A DNA stretch of 32,000 nucleotides from Mycolicibacterium smegmatis. Lineage in GTDB: Bacteria > Actinomycetota > Actinomycetes > Mycobacteriales > Mycobacteriaceae. The stretch spans positions 5,190,001 to 5,222,000 of the forward strand of contig NZ_LN831039.1 in assembly GCF_001457595.1 (NCBI RefSeq), in the 5' to 3' direction. Under the pieces are notes generated by a model. It was given only the letters and a program-made list of their open reading frames with translations, was not told where the DNA came from and did no database searches. The translations under genes were made by a program, and so were the position numbers. Below, in pieces: positions 26,565-32,000 of the stretch. The first letter of the stretch is position 1, and every line of letters starts with the position of its first letter.

Positions 26565-28187
26565 TCACCCCGCGGCCGCAGTGACCCGCAACCTGCCGTC
26601 CTCCAGGTGCCATCGGCGTTCGATGCCGATGGTGTCGAGGAACCGTTCGTCATGGCTGACGACAACGAACGCGCCCCGGTAGGCGTTGAGCGCCGATTCG
26701 AGTTGGCCCACGCTCACCAGGTCGAGGTTGTTGGTCGGTTCGTCGAGCAGCAGCAGTTGTGGGGCCGGTTCGGCGAACAGCACGCACGCAAGCGTCGCCC
26801 GCAGACGCTCCCCGCCGGACAGCGCACCCACCGGAAGGTGGATGCGGTCGCCGCGGAACAGGAACTGCGCCAACAGATGCATGCGCCGCGTGTGCGAGAG
26901 GCTCGGCGCTGAGGCGGCCAGACTCTCCGCGACGCTGCGGTCGAGGTCGAGCAGGTCGAGACGCTGCGACAGATACGCCACGCGCCCGTCGGCCTGCTGA
27001 CACGTGCCGCCGTCAGGTTTCAGTTGGCCGTCGATGATGCGCAGCAGCGTCGACTTGCCCGCACCGTTGGAGCCCGTCAGCGCGATGCGCTCGGGCCCGC
27101 GTATCGACACGTCGATACCGTTGTCGGCGAACAGGTTCCGTCCACCACGGCTGATCTGCAACCCGGTACCGGTGAACAACGTCCGGCCGGCGGGAACCTC
27201 GGTGTCGGGCAGGTCCAGCACGATCACCTTGTCGTCACGCAGCGCGCGCTCGGCATCCTCCAACCGCGCACGCGCGGCGTCGACACGTTTGGCGTGCACA
27301 TCGTCGGACTTCGCGGCCGACTCCTGCGCATCCCGTTTGAGCTTGCCTGCAACGATTTTCGGGAGCCCCGCGTCCTTGAGGTTGCGCGCGGCCGCGCTCG
27401 ATCGCCGTGCTGCACGCTCGCGGGCCTCCTGCATCTGCCGCTTCTCGCGCTTCAACTGCTGCTCGGCGTTGCGGATACTGCTCTCGGCGGCCCGCTGGTT
27501 CGCCTCGACAGTTTCCCGGTACGCCGTGAAGTTGCCGCCGTAGAAGACCACCTCGCCGCGGTACAGTTCGGCGATCTGATCCATGCGGTCCAGCAGTGCA
27601 CGGTCGTGGCTGACCACCAGCAGGCATCCCGAGTATCCGTCGAGGGCGTCGTAGAAGCGTTGGCGGGCAGCACTGTCCAAGTTGTTGGTGGGCTCGTCGA
27701 GCATCAGGACCTCAGGGCGCTTCAGCAGTTGCGCGGCCAGGCCCAAGGACACCACTTCCCCACCCGAGAGCGTGTCGAGGCGACGATCCAACGCCACGGT
27801 GTCCAGGCCGAGCCGGTCCAACTGGGCGCGCGAGCGTTCCTCGATGTCCCAGTCGTCGCCGATCGTGGTGAAGACGTCGTCGGAAACCTCACCGGCGGCG
27901 AGCGCCGCGAGCGCGTCGATCACCGGCGCAATGCCCAGCACCGCGGCCACCGTGAGGTCACCGGTGAACGGGAGCGTCTGAGGCAGGTAACCCACCGTCC
28001 CGTCGACGGAGACCGACCCCGCCGTGGGACGGTACTCACCGGCGATCAGCTTGAGCAGCGTGCTCTTGCCCGCGCCGTTGGGCGCGACGAGGCCCGTGCG
28101 ACCGGGGCCGACGGAGAAGGACAGGTCCGAGAACAAGACGGTGTCATCGGGCCAGGAGAAAGACAGATTCGAACAGACAACAGACAT
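26565..28187 (-). CDS. ABC-F family ATPase (two ATP-binding cassettes, no TM segments; ribosome-associated/antibiotic-response type)
   Basis: Walker A GLVAPNGAGKST and ALTGSNGAGKST; signatures LSGGEVVSLG and LSGGERLRAT; Walker B LMLDEPTNNLD and LLLDEPTNNLD; basic linker with KREKRQMQEARERAARRS. Confidence 0.92.
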   Translation of the reverse strand: MSVVCSNLSFSWPDDTVLFSDLSFSVGPGRTGLVAPNGAGKSTLLKLIAGEYRPTAGSVSVDGTVGYLPQTLPFTGDLTVAAVLGIAPVIDALAALAAGEVSDDVFTTIGDDWDIEERSRAQLDRLGLDTVALDRRLDTLSGGEVVSLGLAAQLLKRPEVLMLDEPTNNLDSAARQRFYDALDGYSGCLLVVSHDRALLDRMDQIAELYRGEVVFYGGNFTAYRETVEANQRAAESSIRNAEQQLKREKRQMQEARERAARRSSAAARNLKDAGLPKIVAGKLKRDAQESAAKSDDVHAKRVDAARARLEDAERALRDDKVIVLDLPDTEVPAGRTLFTGTGLQISRGGRNLFADNGIDVSIRGPERIALTGSNGAGKSTLLRIIDGQLKPDGGTCQQADGRVAYLSQRLDLLDLDRSVAESLAASAPSLSHTRRMHLLAQFLFRGDRIHLPVGALSGGERLRATLACVLFAEPAPQLLLLDEPTNNLDLVSVGQLESALNAYRGAFVVVSHDERFLDTIGIERRWHLEDGRLRVTAAAG

Positions 28188-28286
28188 GCGGGAACTCCAG
28201 ACGACGAGAAGGACTTCCGGGCTGACCCGGCGGCATCGTCAAATTCCCAGCACGGTTCCCATGCTAGTGAGGGGCGCAACCGATTT

Positions 28287-29360
28287 TCAGGTCGTCAGAT
28301 ACGTGCGCAGCATGTCGGCTGCGGCGGTGATGGCCGCGACCTGGACGCGTTCGTCGACACGGTGGGCGAGATTCGGGTCGCCCGGCCCGTAGTTCACGGC
28401 CGGGATGCCGAGCGCGGCGAACCTCGCGACGTCGGTCCAGCCGTACTTGGCGCGCACCTGCCCGCCTGCGGCGGCCACGAGCGCCGCGGCCGCGGGTTGC
28501 GTGAGGCCCGGCAGCGCACCGGCGGCGGCGTCGGTCAGCTCGAGCGTGACGTCGAGTCCGTCGAACACCTCGTGGACGTGCGCAACGGCCTGGTCGACGT
28601 CGCGATCCGGCGCGAACCGGAAGTTGACGGTGACCGATGCCGCGTCGGGAATCACGTTGCCCGCGATGCCACCGTCGATACGCACCGCGGACAGCCCCTC
28701 GCGGTAGACACAGCCGTCGATGTCAACCGAGCGCGCCTGATACGACGCCAGCCGGTCGAGCACAGGTGCGAGTTTGTGAATCGCGTTGTCCCCCAACCAC
28801 GAACGGGCCGAGTGGGCGCGTGTGCCCTTCGCGGAGATCACGACGCGGATGGTGCCCTGGCAGCCCGCTTCGATGTAGCCACCCGACGGTTCGCCGAGGA
28901 TCGCGACGTCAGCGGTGAGCCAGTCGCGCAGCTCCCGTTCGATGCGCCCCAGGCCGTTGGCGCTCGATTCGATCTCCTCGCAGTCGTACATCACCAGCGT
29001 GATGTCGTGCGTGGGCTCGGTGATCGTGGCGGCCAGGTGCAAGAACACCGCGTCGCCCGCCTTCATGTCGGAGGTGCCGCAGCCGTACATCTCGCCGTCG
29101 ACGATCCGGCTGGGCAGGTTGTCGGCGATGGGCACGGTATCGATGTGACCCGCGAGCATCACGCGCGACGGCCGGCCCAGGTTGGTGCGGGCCAGCACGG
29201 CGTCGCCATTGCGGATCACCTCGAAGTGCGGCGCCTGGGCGCGCAACGCGGCCTCGATCTCGTCGGCGATGCGGCGTTCGTCGCGCGACACACTGGGGAT
29301 GTCCACCAGCGCGGCGGTCAATGCGATCGGATCAGCGCTCAGGTCTAGCCCCATGGGCAT
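28287..29360 (-). CDS. dapE: Succinyl-diaminopimelate desuccinylase
   Basis: [59 protein letters not shown] (M20 metallopeptidase family); divergent from dapD. Confidence 0.94.
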
Positions 29361-29374
29361 AAACGGTAGTCCAG

Positions 29375-29380
29375 TAACCT
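29375..29380 (+). promoter_or_regulatory. Candidate -10 element (TAACCT) for leaderless dapD transcript
   Basis: TAACCT lies 8 nt before GTG 29389 with no Shine-Dalgarno sequence; dapE-dapD gap is only 28 bp. Confidence 0.4.
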
Positions 29381-29388
29381 AGGCCAAC

Positions 29389-30333
29389 GTGACTGCAGCA
29401 TCTGGCATCGGCCTGGCCACCATCACCGCCGACGGAACCGTTCTGGACACCTGGTTTCCCGCTCCCGAGCTGAGCGCATCCGGCCCCGCGGGCACCGCCC
29501 GGCTGACCGGGGACGACGTGCCCGCCGACCTGGCTGCCCTCACCGGCAAGGACGAGGACCGCGACGTCGAGGTCGTGGCCGTGCGCACCACCATCGCCGA
29601 CCTCAACGACAAGCCGGCCGACACGCACGACGTGTGGCTGCGGTTGCACCTGCTCTCACACCGCCTGACCAAGCCGCACGAGGCCAACCTCGATGGCATC
29701 TTCGGCCTGCTGAGCAATGTGGTGTGGACCAACTTCGGCCCCTGCGCGGTCGAGGGCTTCGAGACCACGCGTGCCCGGCTGCGTAAGCGCGGCGCCGTCG
29801 CGGTGTACGGCATCGACAAGTTCCCCCGCATGGTCGACTACGTGACGCCGTCAGGTGTGCGCATCGCCGACGCCGACCGCGTGCGGCTCGGCGCCCACCT
29901 GGCCTCCGGCACCACCGTCATGCACGAGGGCTTCGTCAACTTCAACGCCGGCACACTCGGCACCTCGATGGTCGAAGGCCGCATCTCGGCCGGTGTCGTG
30001 GTCGACGACGGGTCCGACATCGGCGGCGGCGCGTCGATCATGGGCACGCTCTCGGGTGGCGGCAAAGAGGTCATCAAGGTCGGCAAGCGTTGCCTGCTGG
30101 GCGCCAACTCGGGTCTGGGCATCTCACTGGGCGACGACTGCGTCGTCGAGGCGGGCCTTTACGTGACCGGCGGTACCAAGGTCACCACTGCCGACGGACA
30201 GGTCACCAAGGCCATCGAGCTGTCCGGCGCGAGCAACCTGCTGTTCCGTCGCAACTCGCTGTCGGGTGCGGTCGAGGTGGTCAAGCGCGACGGTACGGGC
30301 ATCACCCTCAACGAGGCCCTGCACGCCAACTGA
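29389..30333 (+). CDS. dapD: 2,3,4,5-tetrahydropyridine-2,6-dicarboxylate N-succinyltransferase
   Basis: [83 protein letters not shown] hexapeptide acyltransferase. Confidence 0.96.
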   Translation: MTAASGIGLATITADGTVLDTWFPAPELSASGPAGTARLTGDDVPADLAALTGKDEDRDVEVVAVRTTIADLNDKPADTHDVWLRLHLLSHRLTKPHEANLDGIFGLLSNVVWTNFGPCAVEGFETTRARLRKRGAVAVYGIDKFPRMVDYVTPSGVRIADADRVRLGAHLASGTTVMHEGFVNFNAGTLGTSMVEGRISAGVVVDDGSDIGGGASIMGTLSGGGKEVIKVGKRCLLGANSGLGISLGDDCVVEAGLYVTGGTKVTTADGQVTKAIELSGASNLLFRRNSLSGAVEVVKRDGTGITLNEALHAN

Positions 30334-30345
30334 CGTTGACCGCGG

Positions 30346-30807
30346 TCACTGCGTGAACGCGTGGGAGATGTGGATCTTCCAGCGCCCGTCGGGCTGACGC
30401 TGGAAGACGTCCACCCCGTCCTCGTGAACGGTTTCCAGAACCGCGCCTGCCGAGTCGCGCACCGTCAGCGTCCAGACCAGCCGCACCGTCGCCAAATCCC
30501 CGTCGACGAGAATCTCTTTGATGTCGGGCTCGTCGTAGTGCAGTGACTTCGACGGGTCGTTGAACCGGTCACGCATCTGATCGCAGAACCCATCCCGGTC
30601 GCGGTCGGCCGAGTCCGGATACGCGAGCACCGCGTCGTCGGCGAACAGTCCGCACACCGCGTCGATGTCACGATCGTTGAAGGCCTGGGGCCACTGTCGC
30701 AGTGCTTCTTCGATGGCCTGGCGATCCGCATCCCGGTCTGGGTTTCCGCACCCAGCAAGCACACTGACCGCTGCAACCACGAGAGCGAGCGCGCGCAACA
30801 CCGTCAC
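30346..30807 (-). CDS. Exported NTF2-like/SnoaL-like protein (possible lipoprotein)
   Basis: Signal-like MTVLRALALVVAAVSVLAGCG with lipobox LAGC; EEALRQWPQAFNDRDIDAVCGLFADDAVL and C-terminal DGRWKIHISHAF typical of the NTF2 fold. Confidence 0.78.
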   Translation of the reverse strand: MTVLRALALVVAAVSVLAGCGNPDRDADRQAIEEALRQWPQAFNDRDIDAVCGLFADDAVLAYPDSADRDRDGFCDQMRDRFNDPSKSLHYDEPDIKEILVDGDLATVRLVWTLTVRDSAGAVLETVHEDGVDVFQRQPDGRWKIHISHAFTQ

Positions 30808-30825
30808 ATTGTGACGGCACTGCCG

Positions 30826-32000
30826 TCAGAACGGTGGGGGTTTGTTGTGTTCGGCGACGAGGTCGTCGTTGAGTTTGCGTTCGGCGGCGATGGTGCGGGC
30901 GGTGTTCTGGGCGCGGGTGCGGCGTCGTTTGGGCATCTTGACCCCGCGCAGGTCGGGGTCGGCGGTAGGGATCGGGGTGGCCGGTAGGTCCAGTGCGCCG
31001 GTGGGTGCGGCCAGTTCGGTGATCGACAGGCGCCGGTGGCTTCCGGGCACAGTGGTGTACTCCCGCCCGGAAGGGGAGGTCCATACGATGGTGCCGTCGG
31101 GGTGTTGTCGGTCTGTCCAGCCGCGGGGGCCGGTCCAGAACGTTTTCAGAAGATGATGAAAACGACACAGACACTTCAGGTTTGAGGCATGCGTGGGCCC
31201 TGCGGGGTAGGGCACGGTGTGGTCGATGTCGCAGCGGTCGGCAGGTTTGTCACATCCGGGGAACCGGCAGGTCAAATCGCGGCAGCGCACATAGTCCGCG
31301 AGCGCGCGTGAGGGGATGTAGCGGTCTTCCGGTGGGGTGTCGCCGGGGTGGATCAGCGGGCGGATGGTGGCGTTGTTGATGATCTCGGCCAGCGCGTAGG
31401 CCGGCAGCACCCCGCCGCCGAACAGCACTGCCGGTGGCACCCGATCCAGGGGCTCCTCGTGCGGGGCGAGGAACGCCGACGGTGTGCCGCTGCTGGTTTC
31501 GGTGAACTCGGCGACAGTGAGGGATCCGGCGTCGCAAAAGGTTCCAGCGGACTCGGCGGTCTCGGTGGCGGTGTCGGTGTCGGCGGCGGGTGCGATACCG
31601 GGGTCGTTCTCGGTGCCCACGGTCTCGGTGTCGGCGGCGGTGTTGTCGGTGGCGGTGTTGCCGGTGTTGTCGGTGTCGGGTTCCCCGTCGGGGGTGGGTT
31701 CACCATAGGTGGGCGGTGCGCTGGTCTGCGCGGCGGCGTGTTGGGCGGCGGTGACGGTGTCTTCGCGGGCGATGACGTGCAAAACGAGGTGTCCGCGGGG
31801 GGATGTTTCGCGGCCGCGCGCACATTCGGGGTCGGCGCACTCACAGGCCAGGGTGGTGTGGTCGAGGATGGCGCCGAGGGCGTCGTGGCGCAGCTCGTTG
31901 AGGGTGCGCGGGTCTTCCGGGCACACCCCTTCGATGAGTTCGGCGATCCGGGCGTCGTAGGCGTTGCCGAGGTCGGCCTGCAGCCGCCCGTTGACCGACA
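30826..32000 (-). CDS. DUF222/HNH endonuclease (13E12-type) protein, C-terminal part; 5' end beyond the window
   Basis: HNH motif CRDLTCRFPGCDKPADRCDIDHTVPYPAGPTHASNLKCLCRFHHLLKTFW. The frame stays open upstream of the track GTG (31926), reading ...LQADLGNAYDARIAELIEGVCPEDPRTLNELRHDAL, so the gene is truncated by the window edge. Confidence 0.88.
   Translation of the reverse strand, partial: SVNGRLQADLGNAYDARIAELIEGVCPEDPRTLNELRHDALGAILDHTTLACECADPECARGRETSPRGHLVLHVIAREDTVTAAQHAAAQTSAPPTYGEPTPDGEPDTDNTGNTATDNTAADTETVGTENDPGIAPAADTDTATETAESAGTFCDAGSLTVAEFTETSSGTPSAFLAPHEEPLDRVPPAVLFGGGVLPAYALAEIINNATIRPLIHPGDTPPEDRYIPSRALADYVRCRDLTCRFPGCDKPADRCDIDHTVPYPAGPTHASNLKCLCRFHHLLKTFWTGPRGWTDRQHPDGTIVWTSPSGREYTTVPGSHRRLSITELAAPTGALDLPATPIPTADPDLRGVKMPKRRRTRAQNTARTIAAERKLNDDLVAEHNKPPPF
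31547..31690. repeat. Low-complexity imperfect GGTGTCGGTGG/GGCGGCGG-type repeats within the DUF222/HNH coding region
   Basis: Encodes a Thr/Asp/Glu/Ala-rich linker (GEPTPDGEPDTDNTGNTATDNTAADTETVGTENDPGIAPAADTDTATETAESA) on the minus strand. Confidence 0.7.

Noticed and set aside
27024-29348. 774-aa + strand ORF opposite the ABC-F gene and dapE
   Set aside because: Spans two well-supported opposite-strand genes and their intergenic region; composition typical of a shadow ORF.
31547-31690. CRISPR-like or regulatory repeat array
   Set aside because: Repeats are short, imperfect, in-frame and encode an acidic/Thr-rich linker.

Overview
High-GC mycobacterial chromosome window (Mycolicibacterium-like). 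Most of it is core genome. It holds: the sigE-rseA-htrA-tatB envelope-stress cluster (- strand); a divergent O-methyltransferase; a TetR/ABC-exporter operon (RaaS/Rv1217c-Rv1218c-like); an isoprenylcysteine-methyltransferase-like protein and a DUF4126 protein; glgC and glgA/glgM; DUF3117; tag; a small DivIVA-like protein; gpgS; folP2; fadD6; a LOG-family protein; an AAA/LuxR-type ATPase lacking an obvious HTH; a giant fused indolepyruvate/2-oxoacid ferredoxin oxidoreductase; an ABC-F ATPase; divergent dapE and dapD; an NTF2/SnoaL-like protein; and the C-terminal part of a DUF222/HNH (13E12-type) protein that runs off the right edge. The best candidate for a less-described system is 18988-22981: an EspA/EspE-like large protein with a WXG-type N-terminus, a lipoprotein start-coupled to it, and an EspC/EspF-like protein with a YxxxD motif and a long C-terminal extension. 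It looks like an orphan type VII secretion substrate module outside any visible ESX locus, with a visible composition shift inside the large gene. Smaller regulatory observations include an ECF-type promoter (GGGAAC-N18-GTT) inside the annotated 5' end of sigE and a repeat/palindrome operator candidate at the TetR gene start. Identifications come from remembered family features and motifs; no database search was run.
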